DNA of 43,626 nucleotides from Acutalibacteraceae bacterium (GCA_045601505.1 JAZRZS010000029.1:1-43626), one strand, 5' to 3'; counted from the stretch's first letter, positions 32,396 through 40,882 are shown. Numbers and translations: made by a program. Notes: generated by a model from the sequence alone, not told the origin.

Positions 32396-34213
32396 ATGAG
32401 CGAGAGGGCTTATAAATTGAATATTTTGTGCAGAATTGCTGTTTTTGCTGTGATGGTGTTGCTTATTATTACGAGTATCGCGCCTGCGGTTTATGCCGCG
32501 CCTCAATATTCGGGTAAATTCGGTAAGATGAAGTGGTCGCTTGAAGGCGGTGTACTTACGGTTGAGGGTAGCAAAGCAATGCCCGATTTTTCTGAGCAGG
32601 AGCCTGCGCCGTGGTATGAGCACCGCGAGGAAATTCGCCACATCAATATTGACGACAGGATTACTTCCATTGGCGCACTCAGTTTTTATGATTGCAGCGC
32701 TGTTACTGCAGTTGAACTTTCAAAAAATGTTAAAAAAATAGGTGAAATGGCATTTGCAGGATGTACTTCTTTGACTACAATTACGCTTTTAGCGGTTGAG
32801 CAAATCGGCGATTATGCTTTTTCACGTTGTTTTAGTCTTGCTAACGTAGTGTTGCCCGCAACCGTTAAAACTTTGGGCAAGGCAGCTTTTTACAGGTGCG
32901 AATCTCTTAAATATATGAGAATTCCTACATCTGTTTCAAATATGGGCGCTTCGGTGTTTGCATATTGCAGGTCTTTGATTTCTGTGGAAATTGATGCACC
33001 GTTTGAAATTTTGCCTGAATGGACATTCTACGGTTGCGAAAGTCTTAATGTGGTTTGGTTGCCTGAAACAATGAATTCCGCAGGGGAGAATGCATTCGGC
33101 CGTTGCGATGTCTTGGTTTCGGTATATTATAACGGCACCGAAGAGGACGAGGAAACTTTAATAGGGGATATTGTTACAGGTTCGCCTGATGTTGAAATCA
33201 GGGACCTTACAAGTGATAATGAGGTTGAAACGGTACCGCCTGCTACCAAAAAGGAATTTGAGCAAAACGGTGATAAGGTTACCGAAACCACAACCGAAAT
33301 CACAGGGGATAAGGATTTTGTGATAGAAACAAAGGTAGAAGTTACATATCCTTTGGATACACAAAATCAAACAGATAATGAAAAAGAGTCCGCTAAAATC
33401 GAAATAAATGCGACTGTAAATGCAGACGATGGGTGGAACGCCCTTATATCCGAAATAGAAAAGCAAACCACTAAACAGGGTGTTTTTAAAATTGAAACAG
33501 ATAATAAGGTGCCGCTTGAGGTTAACGCTACCTTATTGCACGGCTCAGTGATTTTAGGAAAAACACTTGAATCGTTTGCAGGTAAGGACATTGTACTTAA
33601 ACTTTGCACACCAAACGGAAGCCGATGGAGTATTGACTGTCTGAGGCTGAAAGGTTATAAATTCAAGAAAAGTTACGATTTGGAATATAAACTAACACTT
33701 TATAAAAAGGTTTCCCAAAAGCACGCTGAAGTTTTAGGAACAGCGGTAAGTTATTGGCTTAAATTTGCCGATAAGATTAATTTTCCTGTAACTGTTGAGT
33801 TGTATATAGATTCTACTGCTTCGCGTCAGACCGCTACTATTTTTGAAAACGTATTTAGTGACGGGCTTCAAAAATTGCAGAGCGTTATGGTAGATGCAGA
33901 TGGTACGGCATGCTTTAAGATGGGAAACATTAACAAGGGTAAGCGGTATGTTACCGCTCTTAATGTGAGCGGCGTTACAGCAGATGAGGTTATTTTGCCT
34001 CAAACACAGTTCGGCGGGGAAGACTGGTTGGACGACTATGTTCCCGTCACCGAGCAATATACTATAACCGAGGTCCGCGGTTTCATGGGAATGACTATGA
34101 AACAGTTTACAACCGTTTTATTGTGCAGTTTGGTTGGATTGGCGTTTGTAGTGTTTGTGGTGATTTTAATTATTAATTTGCTTGGAAAGAAACGAATCAC
34201 CCCTCAAAATTGA
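32396..34213 (+). CDS. BspA-type leucine-rich-repeat surface protein with a C-terminal TM anchor (~605 aa)
   Basis: ATG 32396 follows TAAGGAGAGG; the track start 32330 overlaps the previous gene. Signal is ILCRIAVFAVMVLLIITSIAPAVYA/A. The LRR units are ITSIGALSFYDCSAVTAVEL, VKKIGEMAFAGCTSLTTITL, VEQIGDYAFSRCFSLANVVL, VKTLGKAAFYRCESLKYMRI and VSNMGASVFAYCRSLISVEI. The C-terminal TM is VLLCSLVGLAFVVFVVILIINLL followed by GKKR. Confidence 0.85.
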   Translation: MSERAYKLNILCRIAVFAVMVLLIITSIAPAVYAAPQYSGKFGKMKWSLEGGVLTVEGSKAMPDFSEQEPAPWYEHREEIRHINIDDRITSIGALSFYDCSAVTAVELSKNVKKIGEMAFAGCTSLTTITLLAVEQIGDYAFSRCFSLANVVLPATVKTLGKAAFYRCESLKYMRIPTSVSNMGASVFAYCRSLISVEIDAPFEILPEWTFYGCESLNVVWLPETMNSAGENAFGRCDVLVSVYYNGTEEDEETLIGDIVTGSPDVEIRDLTSDNEVETVPPATKKEFEQNGDKVTETTTEITGDKDFVIETKVEVTYPLDTQNQTDNEKESAKIEINATVNADDGWNALISEIEKQTTKQGVFKIETDNKVPLEVNATLLHGSVILGKTLESFAGKDIVLKLCTPNGSRWSIDCLRLKGYKFKKSYDLEYKLTLYKKVSQKHAEVLGTAVSYWLKFADKINFPVTVELYIDSTASRQTATIFENVFSDGLQKLQSVMVDADGTACFKMGNINKGKRYVTALNVSGVTADEVILPQTQFGGEDWLDDYVPVTEQYTITEVRGFMGMTMKQFTTVLLCSLVGLAFVVFVVILIINLLGKKRITPQN

Positions 34214-34240
34214 ACCATAAGCATTCGATTGAAAGGTGAT

Positions 34241-34483
34241 TTATTTTTTAATTATACCACAGGCGATTTTTTGTCCTGAATTTCCAGATGGTTGAGACGT
34301 AAAATCATCCGGCATATTCTGAATAATAACTGTGCGGTCAATAATGTCCGCAACTTTAAATCGGTCGGTTATAAATGACAAATGTGCCATATTGCTGCAA
34401 AGTATTAACGGTGGCAGGTCGCCTGTGTGCTTGGGGTGGCGAGTGCCGTATTTCCGCCCTTTATTAAATCCGACGCTTGAGGT
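34241..34483 (-). pseudogene. Cu/Zn superoxide dismutase (SodC) C-terminal remnant
   Basis: The open frame has no start codon and reads TSSVGFNKGRKYGTRHPKHTGDLPPLILCSNMAHLSFITDRFKVADIIDRTVIIQNMPDDFTSQPSGNSGQKIACGIIKK*. It matches the SodC motifs H-x-GDLP and vviH...DD...QP.GN.G.riaCG.I. The N-terminal half of the enzyme is missing, and the metal-ligand His in vviH is Gln. Confidence 0.55.
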
Positions 34484-34597
34484 TTATTAAAATCACTTTG
34501 CATAATTAGTTTGTCGAATATCGGGGGTTTGCGTTTTTTGTGTGGATACTTCGGTAGCCGCACTTTTTTAATTTATATAAGGATGGAGGTGAAGTTG

Positions 34598-34936
34598 ATG
34601 AAAAAACTCTTTGGTTCTGGTTGGATGCGTTTTATTCTGGTCCTTGTAGTATATGTCTGCTATTTTTTCCTTGTACTACCCTACATAACGAATAATATCA
34701 GTATTATGTCAAGCAATCCTGTTTTTGGTGTAAGTGAATTTATTGTATTGGTACTTTGCGTAATAGGATTTATTTGCGGATGGAAATTTGTCCGTAACAT
34801 TAGCACTTCGGCGGGTGCATTTATGGTAGTGATAAAAGTGCTTTTAGCGGCATGGCTCGGTTTGTTTGTGTTGCCCTTTGTAATAGCAAGCATTCCTTAT
34901 AAAATATGCCATCGAAATGACATTGCGGAAGAATGA
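34598..34936 (+). CDS. Small hypothetical membrane protein (112 aa, ~3 TM helices)
   Basis: ATG 34598 follows GGATGGAGG. The sequence MKKLFGSGWMRFILVLVVYVCYFFLVL... is hydrophobic throughout, with no recognisable motif. Confidence 0.55.
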   Translation: MKKLFGSGWMRFILVLVVYVCYFFLVLPYITNNISIMSSNPVFGVSEFIVLVLCVIGFICGWKFVRNISTSAGAFMVVIKVLLAAWLGLFVLPFVIASIPYKICHRNDIAEE

Positions 34937-34949
34937 TTTTATCTCTCAA

Positions 34950-34995
34950 AAAATTGGAGATTCACTCAAAAGCAGGTGAGTCTCCAATTTTATAT
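34950..34995. terminator. Rho-independent terminator (symmetrical A/T flanks)
   Basis: Stem AAAATTGGAGATTCAC / GTGAGTCTCCAATTTT with one mismatch and a 10-nt loop, followed by a T-run. Confidence 0.7.
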
Positions 34996-35319
34996 TGTTA
35001 TTGTTAATTCTTACGATAATCTTGATTAAAAATGTTATATTAAATATAAGAAAAAGCTTGTGGAATATTGTCCTGATATCAAGTAATTTTGAACGATGAT
35101 AATAATCAAATGATAAAAGTAGATATAAAGGATTTAATTCCGTTTGCTTGGAAACCAATAATTGCATGATAATTCTATTCGTATCTAAACTGTTTGCGTT
35201 CAATCCGAAGGCTTTGTATGCGGCCCACATAAGCGAACAAGGTGAGCGGTTTATGCTGTTGGCGGAGACGGCTATAACGCACACGAAAATTTTTCGAAAA
35301 TTGGGAGAAGGACTTTTTT

Positions 35320-35895
35320 ATGGGATTTATGTTCTTTTTTAACAGTATATTATTAGGCATTGGACTTGCAATGGATGCATTTTCGGTGTCCCTTGCAAAC
35401 GGTCTGCACGAGCCGTTTATGAAAAAACGCAAAATGACGCTTGTGGCGGCAGTCTTTGCGCTTTTTCAGTTTATAATGCCGCTTTTGGGCTATTTTTGCG
35501 TTTGTTCTATTGCGGGTATTTTTACGGCTTTTCAAAAATTTATACCCTACATAGCCCTTGTACTGCTACTGTATATTGGCGGAAAAATGCTGTATGACGG
35601 CATAAAAAACAAAGACGAAACGGATGAAACGAAGGTCGGTATAATAGCGCTAATTGTGCAGGGCGTTGCCACCTCGATAGATGCGCTGTCGGTTGGGTTT
35701 ACAATAGCGGAATATACGATAGTAGAGGCTATAATTTCTTGTTTGCTCATCGGCGCTGTAACCTTTTTAATCTGCTTTGCAGGTATTGCAATAGGCAAAC
35801 GCGCGGGTAATGCTCTTGCGGGAAAAGCAGGTATTTTTGGCGGAATAATCCTGATATTTATCGGTTTTGAAATCTTTATAACAGGAATATTTTAA
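35320..35895 (+). CDS. mntP: Manganese efflux pump MntP (DUF204 family)
   Basis: RBS GGGAGAAGG with an 8-nt spacer. The sequence reads LLGIGLAMDAFSVSLANGL...LVQGVATSIDALSVGFTIA. The duplicated MDAF/IDAL half-domains and six TM helices are typical of MntP. Confidence 0.85.
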   Translation: MGFMFFFNSILLGIGLAMDAFSVSLANGLHEPFMKKRKMTLVAAVFALFQFIMPLLGYFCVCSIAGIFTAFQKFIPYIALVLLLYIGGKMLYDGIKNKDETDETKVGIIALIVQGVATSIDALSVGFTIAEYTIVEAIISCLLIGAVTFLICFAGIAIGKRAGNALAGKAGIFGGIILIFIGFEIFITGIF

Positions 35896-35963
35896 TTAAA
35901 TTTTATATTACAAAGCGGAACAATTAAAAATCTTTACAAATATTTTCACAAGGCATCCATTCT

Positions 35964-35994
35964 GTAATAAAAATCACTCAACTTTCATACAAAT
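35964..35994 (+). promoter_or_regulatory. Candidate sigma-E-type sporulation promoter upstream of spoIIID
   Basis: CATACAAAT (35986-35994) fits the sigma-E -10 consensus CATACA-T. An ATA-containing -35 (GTAATA, 35964-35969) lies 16 nt upstream. spoIIID is sigma-E dependent in B. subtilis. Confidence 0.4.
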
Positions 35995-36021
35995 TAGAAA
36001 GGACAGAGGAGTTGAGTGAGT

Positions 36022-36267
36022 ATGAATACAGAAGCGAGCGGTCGCGCTACAATGCTTGGCGAATATATATTAAGTACGGGCGCAACAGTACGCGCGGCGG
36101 CAAAGGTTTTCAAAATAAGCAAAAGCACAGTACATAAAGATGTAACAACAAGACTTATGGTGGAAAAACCTGCTCTTTACAAAGAGGTAAAAAAGGTTCT
36201 TGAACACAACAAAAGCGAACGCCACATTCGCGGCGGAATGGCAACCAGAAAAAAATATAAAGGTTAA
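36022..36267 (+). CDS. spoIIID: Stage III sporulation protein D (mother-cell transcription factor)
   Basis: GEYILSTGATVRAAAKVFKISKSTVHKDVTTRL...LEHNKSERHIRGGMATRKKYK aligns with B. subtilis SpoIIID (GKYIVETKKTVRVIAKEFGVSKSTVHKDLTERL...HKSIRHLRGGEATKLKYK). ATG 36022 lies 10 nt after AGAGGAG. Confidence 0.93.
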   Translation: MNTEASGRATMLGEYILSTGATVRAAAKVFKISKSTVHKDVTTRLMVEKPALYKEVKKVLEHNKSERHIRGGMATRKKYKG

Positions 36268-36295
36268 AACCGAGGGTGTTCAACCCTCGGTTTTA
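36266..36295. terminator. Bidirectional terminator between spoIIID and the convergent GNAT gene
   Basis: AAAACCGAGGGT GTTCA ACCCTCGGTTTT, with A-run and T-run flanks. Confidence 0.8.
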
Positions 36296-37087
36296 ATCTA
36301 ATAGTAAGTTCATATAAATGTTTTTTGGGGCATTAAAGCCATAGCCGCAAATAACCTTTTCGCCGTCACCGCCGGGCAATAGAATACGCACATCATCGCT
36401 GTCAAACTTCTCAGCAACAGCCGAAACAATAGCGGGTAATGCGTCCCCGTTTGCTGTGGTTTCCTTAATGAACACGCCGTCAGAATCTTTGCCGCAAAGC
36501 ACGATGTCAGTACGGTTTTCGGTTGTCACCTTGTAATGTGAAAGTCCAAAAAAAGTTTCTTGGGACAGCGCATATTCGACCGAATTATCATCCCAAATGA
36601 GAGCATTTTCAAAATGTTGGTTGCGAATAGCGTTGTATTCAGCCGCAGTAACGGGGGAAAGTATGCAGTCGGTTGCGGAAGGTTGTTTTGTTACAAAACA
36701 CCACTCAGCGCAGGGATAAAATCCCGCATTTTCATAAAAGGAAAAAAGGTCGGAGTTTTCGGGGTGCAACACGATAGCGGCGTTTTCTTTTTTTGCAAAG
36801 TCTTTAATTGCCTCCATCAGTCGTTTACCAATGCCGTTACCGCGCAGTGCTGCATCAACACAAATGCCGTAGGCGTAAAAACAGGGTAAGGAGCCAATTT
36901 TACAGGGTAAAAGATGCGCCTCTGCTACAATGCAGTCGTTTTGCAGTGCGCAAAGGGTGTAATCGGGGTTAAAATGGTGTGCAAAAAACATATTAACAAA
37001 TCCCAGTGTATCGTCAAACGAATTAAGAAAAAGGCGTTTGAGCGCCGTTTCATCACTTTTTTTCGCGGTTTTAATTAAAAGGTTCAT
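36293..37087 (-). CDS. GNAT-family N-acetyltransferase
   Basis: The acetyl-CoA binding motif is ICVDAALRGNGIGKRLMEAIKDFAKKENAAIVLHPENSDLFSFYENAGF. ATG 37087 follows GGAGGA with a short spacer. The TTG at 37123 has no RBS. Confidence 0.8.
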   Translation of the reverse strand: MNLLIKTAKKSDETALKRLFLNSFDDTLGFVNMFFAHHFNPDYTLCALQNDCIVAEAHLLPCKIGSLPCFYAYGICVDAALRGNGIGKRLMEAIKDFAKKENAAIVLHPENSDLFSFYENAGFYPCAEWCFVTKQPSATDCILSPVTAAEYNAIRNQHFENALIWDDNSVEYALSQETFFGLSHYKVTTENRTDIVLCGKDSDGVFIKETTANGDALPAIVSAVAEKFDSDDVRILLPGGDGEKVICGYGFNAPKNIYMNLLLD

Positions 37088-37145
37088 AATTCCTCCATAG
37101 GCAGTTTTTAATATTATATCCAAAATTCACCAATATTTCAAGAAC

Positions 37146-37173
37146 AAACCCGTCCGCTTGTACGGACGGGTTT
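37146..37173 (-). terminator. Terminator after metA
   Basis: Stem AAACCCGTCCG / CGGACGGGTTT with a 6-nt loop, immediately after the metA stop. Confidence 0.7.
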
Positions 37174-37175
37174 AT

Positions 37176-38096
37176 TCATTGTTCAATCGCATCTATATCA
37201 TACGGTGTTGTCTGGTAAACATAATAGTTAAGCCAGTTAGAGAAAAGCAAATTCGCCGAAGAGCGCCAGGAGACAACAGGCGGATTGTCGGGGTTGCCGT
37301 CACGGTAATAATTTTCGGGAGGTTCGGGGTTGATTCCCGCAGCAATATCGCGTCTGTATTCGCGGTCGAGCGTATAGGGGTCATATTCCGAATGTCCCGT
37401 TATGAAAACTTGACTGCCGCTTTTATTTTGGGCGGCGTAAACACCTGCTTTATCGCTTATTGCAAGAAGTATAAGTTCGGGGTTGCTTTCAATATCCTCG
37501 CGCAAAATGGTGGTGTTGCGTGAGTGCGGAATCATAAACACATCGTCAAATCCGCGGAAAAGTTGAATTTTGTCTTGGCAGACCTGATGCTCATAAACGC
37601 CCGATAGTTTTTTGGGCAAAAGGTGTTTGTTGATACCGAAATGATAGAAAAGCCCCGCCTGTGCGCCCCAACAGATGTGCAGAGTGCTGTGCGCGTGGGT
37701 TTTACTCCATTCCATTATTTCTTTAAGTTCATCCCAATAATCAACCTCTGAAAAGTCAAGTTGTTCAACGGGAGCGCCTGTGATAATAAACCCGTCAAAA
37801 TGCTTATGCTTTATGTCCTCAAAATTCACATAAAATGTCTCAAGATGCTGTTGTGCTATGTTTTTGGAACGGTATGAACTTGTGTTCATAAGCGTCAAAT
37901 CAACCTGAAGCGGCGTATTGCCGAGCAGACGGCAAAGTTGCGTTTCGGTATCAATTTTTGTGGGCATCAAGTTAAGAACGAGAATTTTGAGCGGACGAAT
38001 ATCCTGCGAAAGCGCACGGGTTTCGGTCATTACAAAAATGTTTTCTTCCGTGAGAGTTTTTGTTGCGGGAAGTTCGTTTGGAATTTTAATAGGCAT
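37176..38096 (-). CDS. metA: Homoserine O-acyltransferase (MetA family)
   Basis: MPIKIPNELPATKTLTEENIFVMTETRALSQDIRPLKILVLNLMPTKIDTETQ...HSTLHICWGAQAG is the conserved MetA N-terminus, with the active-site Cys region. Confidence 0.92.
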   Translation of the reverse strand: MPIKIPNELPATKTLTEENIFVMTETRALSQDIRPLKILVLNLMPTKIDTETQLCRLLGNTPLQVDLTLMNTSSYRSKNIAQQHLETFYVNFEDIKHKHFDGFIITGAPVEQLDFSEVDYWDELKEIMEWSKTHAHSTLHICWGAQAGLFYHFGINKHLLPKKLSGVYEHQVCQDKIQLFRGFDDVFMIPHSRNTTILREDIESNPELILLAISDKAGVYAAQNKSGSQVFITGHSEYDPYTLDREYRRDIAAGINPEPPENYYRDGNPDNPPVVSWRSSANLLFSNWLNYYVYQTTPYDIDAIEQ

Positions 38097-38118
38097 AATT
38101 TTACTTCCTATCAGATTA

Positions 38119-39399
38119 TTAGAGTTTGCTTAAGGCATTTTCTATATCGGCAATAAGGTCTTCGGCGCCCTCAATTCCGCAGGAAAGACGGATAAGGTCG
38201 GGAGAAACACCTGCCGCCGCTAATTCTTCATCGGTCATCTGGCGGTGGGTTGCACTTGCAGGATGTAAACAGCACGAACGTGCATCTGCAACGTGTGTTT
38301 CAATGGCGATTATTTTAAGTTCGCTCATAAACTTTTCGGCAGCAGCGCGACCGCCCTTAACGCCAAAACTTACAACGCCGCAACTTCCGTTTGGCAGATA
38401 TTTTTGTGCAACATCGTAATATTTGTTGCCGACAAGGTCGGGATAGTTAACCCAAGCAATTTTATCGTTTGCCTGTAACCATTTTGCAACAGCCATACCA
38501 TTTTCGCAGTGTTTTTTCATACGCAGATGCAGACTTTCAAGACCAAGGTTTAAAAGATATGCGCTCTGCGGTGACTGAGTTGAACCGAGGTCACGCATAA
38601 GTTGTGCGGTGGCCTTGGTGATAAAAGCGCCCTCAAGTCCGAAACGCTCTGTATATACAATTCCATGATAACTGTCATCAGGTGTGCAAAGACCTGGATA
38701 TTTGTCGGCGTGTGCTGTCCAGTCAAATTTGCCCGAATCAACGATGCAACCGCCCACAGCAGAGCCGTGACCGTCCATATATTTTGTGGTGGAGTGGGTT
38801 ACAATGTCTGCTCCCCATTCAATCGGACGGCAACCAACGGGTGTTGCAAAGGTGTTGTCGATAATCAGCGGAACACCGTTTTTGTGTGCAACCTTTGCAA
38901 AAAGTTCAATATCAAGCACCGAAAGAGACGGGTTAGAAATCGTCTCGCCAAATACAGCTTTGGTGTTATCGCGGAAAGCCGCTTGTAGTTCTTCTTCGGT
39001 GGCATCAGGAGATACAAAAGTAAAATCAATGCCCATCTTTTTCATTGTAACATTGAAAAGGTTAAAGGTGCCGCCGTAAATTTCAGAACTTGAAATTACG
39101 TGGTCTCCGCAGTGAGCAATATTAAAAATGGCAAAGAGGTTAGCCGCCTGACCGGATGATGTAAGCATTGCGGCAGTACCGCCCTCAAGCTCACAAATCT
39201 TGGCTGCAACGGTGTCGCAGGTGGGATTTTGCAGACGGGAATAGAAGTAGCCGGAAGCCTCTAAATCAAAAAGTTTAGCCATAGCTTCACTTGTGGCATA
39301 TTTAAAAGTGGTACTTTGAATAATCGGCACCTGACGCGGACCGCCGTTTTCTGCGGTGTAACCGCCTTGCACACAGGTGGTATCAATGTTTTTATACAT
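38119..39399 (-). CDS. metY: O-acetylhomoserine/O-acetylserine sulfhydrylase (PLP-dependent, Cys/Met metabolism family)
   Basis: YSRLQNPTCDTVAAKICELEGG and the PLP-lysine motif HSTTKYMDGHG are present. A GGAGG RBS precedes the start. It forms an operon with metA (22-nt gap). Confidence 0.9.
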   Translation of the reverse strand: MYKNIDTTCVQGGYTAENGGPRQVPIIQSTTFKYATSEAMAKLFDLEASGYFYSRLQNPTCDTVAAKICELEGGTAAMLTSSGQAANLFAIFNIAHCGDHVISSSEIYGGTFNLFNVTMKKMGIDFTFVSPDATEEELQAAFRDNTKAVFGETISNPSLSVLDIELFAKVAHKNGVPLIIDNTFATPVGCRPIEWGADIVTHSTTKYMDGHGSAVGGCIVDSGKFDWTAHADKYPGLCTPDDSYHGIVYTERFGLEGAFITKATAQLMRDLGSTQSPQSAYLLNLGLESLHLRMKKHCENGMAVAKWLQANDKIAWVNYPDLVGNKYYDVAQKYLPNGSCGVVSFGVKGGRAAAEKFMSELKIIAIETHVADARSCCLHPASATHRQMTDEELAAAGVSPDLIRLSCGIEGAEDLIADIENALSKL

Positions 39400-39435
39400 A
39401 ATCAGTCCTCCAAACTGTAGTTAACATTACATTTT

Positions 39436-39464
39436 ATTGTATAACTTATATATCATAAAGTCAA
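39436..39464 (-). promoter_or_regulatory. Sigma-A promoter of metY-metA
   Basis: On the minus strand: TTGACT, 17 nt, TACAAT. It lies about 36 nt upstream of the metY ATG. Confidence 0.55.
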
Positions 39465-39475
39465 TATTTTTTCAA

Positions 39476-39507
39476 TATAAAACCCCTGATACTCACAGTA
39501 TCAGGGG
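39476..39507 (-). terminator. Terminator after rubrerythrin
   Basis: On the minus strand: CCCCTGATACT GTG AGTATCAGGGG followed by TTTTAT. Confidence 0.8.
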
Positions 39508-39512
39508 ACAAC

Positions 39513-40112
39513 TTAACGACTTGTATAAGGAGCGAATGAAAGGCGGATAAAGAATCCGCGTTCGTGCGAACATACGGGACATACAGGCGGTGCTTTTTCT
39601 GCGTTTATAATGTTACCGCAGTTAAGGCACATCCACTCTACCTTGGCATCTGCCATAAAAAGCTTGTCTTCGCGCAATAGTTTGGCGAGAGAGCCAAAGC
39701 GTTCTGCATGTGTTTTTTCAATTTCTCCAATTTGTCTGAAAAGATTTGAAATTGGCAAAAAACCCTCTTCTTCTGCCGTATCGGCGAAGTTTTTATAAGC
39801 ATCCTCATATTCTTCAAGCTCGTTGTGTTCGGCTTTCTCAAGCAATTCTACAACAGAATTTGTAATATCAACGGGATAACAGCCGTCAACACAGATGTTT
39901 TCTCCTGTAAGTTCGTGCAGTCTATCGTAAAACACCTTGGCGTGTGCCAGTTCCTGTTCTGCGGTGAACTTAAAAACCGCTTCTACCACATAAAGTTTTT
40001 GCGCTGCCGCTTCTTCTGCGGCAAAGGTGTAGCGGTTTCTAGCCTGACTTTCACCCGCAAAAGCGCGCATTAAATTTTCCTTTGTTTTGCTGTCTTTAAA
40101 ATTTATTGGCAT
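39513..40112 (-). CDS. rbr: Rubrerythrin
   Basis: The N-terminal diiron four-helix region is ENLMRAFAGESQARNRYTFAA...EQELAHAKVF...EHNELEEY. The C-terminal rubredoxin-like region is CLNCGN...CPVCSH. Confidence 0.92.
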   Translation of the reverse strand: MPINFKDSKTKENLMRAFAGESQARNRYTFAAEEAAAQKLYVVEAVFKFTAEQELAHAKVFYDRLHELTGENICVDGCYPVDITNSVVELLEKAEHNELEEYEDAYKNFADTAEEEGFLPISNLFRQIGEIEKTHAERFGSLAKLLREDKLFMADAKVEWMCLNCGNIINAEKAPPVCPVCSHERGFFIRLSFAPYTSR

Positions 40113-40162
40113 AATAAAAAACTCCTTCCATGATAAGTTTTTCCATAAAAGGAGTTTTTATA

Positions 40163-40882
40163 CTATTTTATTTCTAGCCTTGCCGAAAACATAACATTTC
40201 CGTCTTTATCTTCTCCGCGGGAATAAAGGAAAGGGTTTTCGCTTAACGAAAATAGCGTAAGGGCAGTATCTGCCAAAACCTCTTTACGATAGTCAATTTG
40301 CAGTGCGCAAATCTTTTCATTTGTTTTAAGCGGCGCTGCATCAAGCACAAAATTCAAATATTTTGTATTGTTGACATGTCCGTTCATATCAATATCCGTA
40401 AATCGCGGATAAATTGTTATGGGCGCACTGTCCGCCTCAAAAGTTTTAAGTTTAGTCGCGCGGTCACAGAAGTTGCGGTCTTCACAAAATTCTGTAAGGT
40501 TATAAATGTTTTGTGCTGTTGCAAGTCGGCGGTCAACTATATTCATAAGCACCCATTCAGAAGAACCCTTAAAAAGCGTGGTGCCGTCCTCAGCTAAAAT
40601 TTTATATTCGCGCGTGTAGCCGAAACGCGTTGGCGGCAACGGCCAGGTTCGAACCTTAACGCGTGAAAACATTGGCACATCGGAAACACAGACATAACGC
40701 ACCCGCGTCAGCACCCAAACAAGCGACTGTTTTATAAGATTGTCGTATCCGCAACCAAGCACCTTTGCGTGTGCCCCTGCGGCGTCTTGAAACAAATCAA
40801 GTACCGAAGAGGGTAAAATTCGTCTTTCACAGTCAAAATCCGATGTCCTTAGATAATATTCGCGCTCAAAAAATTTTATCAT
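40163..40882 (-). CDS. Acyl-ACP thioesterase
   Basis: ATG 40882 follows AAGGAG with a 7-nt spacer. The double hot-dog signature is LRTSDFDCERRILPSSVLDLFQDAAGAHA...WVLTRVRY...FTDIDMNGHVNNTKYLNFVLD. Confidence 0.85.
   Translation of the reverse strand: MIKFFEREYYLRTSDFDCERRILPSSVLDLFQDAAGAHAKVLGCGYDNLIKQSLVWVLTRVRYVCVSDVPMFSRVKVRTWPLPPTRFGYTREYKILAEDGTTLFKGSSEWVLMNIVDRRLATAQNIYNLTEFCEDRNFCDRATKLKTFEADSAPITIYPRFTDIDMNGHVNNTKYLNFVLDAAPLKTNEKICALQIDYRKEVLADTALTLFSLSENPFLYSRGEDKDGNVMFSARLEIK

Noticed and set aside
35195-35280. Possible yybP-ykoY (Mn2+) riboswitch upstream of mntP
   Set aside because: The 3' half looks right: GGCTTTGT...CACATAAGCG hairpin, then TTTATGCTGTTGGCGGAGACGGC, compared with the consensus ...UUGACAUAC...GUAUGUU..GCAAGACC. 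However, I could not find the obligatory 5' GGGGAGUAG element or the strand complementary to GGCTTTGT upstream. An Infernal scan with the yybP-ykoY model would settle it. I do not call it.
34946-35432. ORFs 34946-35284(-), 35148-35342(+) and 35175-35432(-)
   Set aside because: They lie in an AT-rich intergenic region or overlap the mntP start. They have no RBS and no recognisable motifs, and they conflict with the terminator at 34950-34995.
39400-39512. Expected S-box (SAM) riboswitch or T-box leader upstream of metY-metA
   Set aside because: The whole intergenic space is taken up by the rubrerythrin terminator, a TTGACT-17-TACAAT promoter and a leader of about 36 nt. There is no room for a riboswitch and no such motifs.
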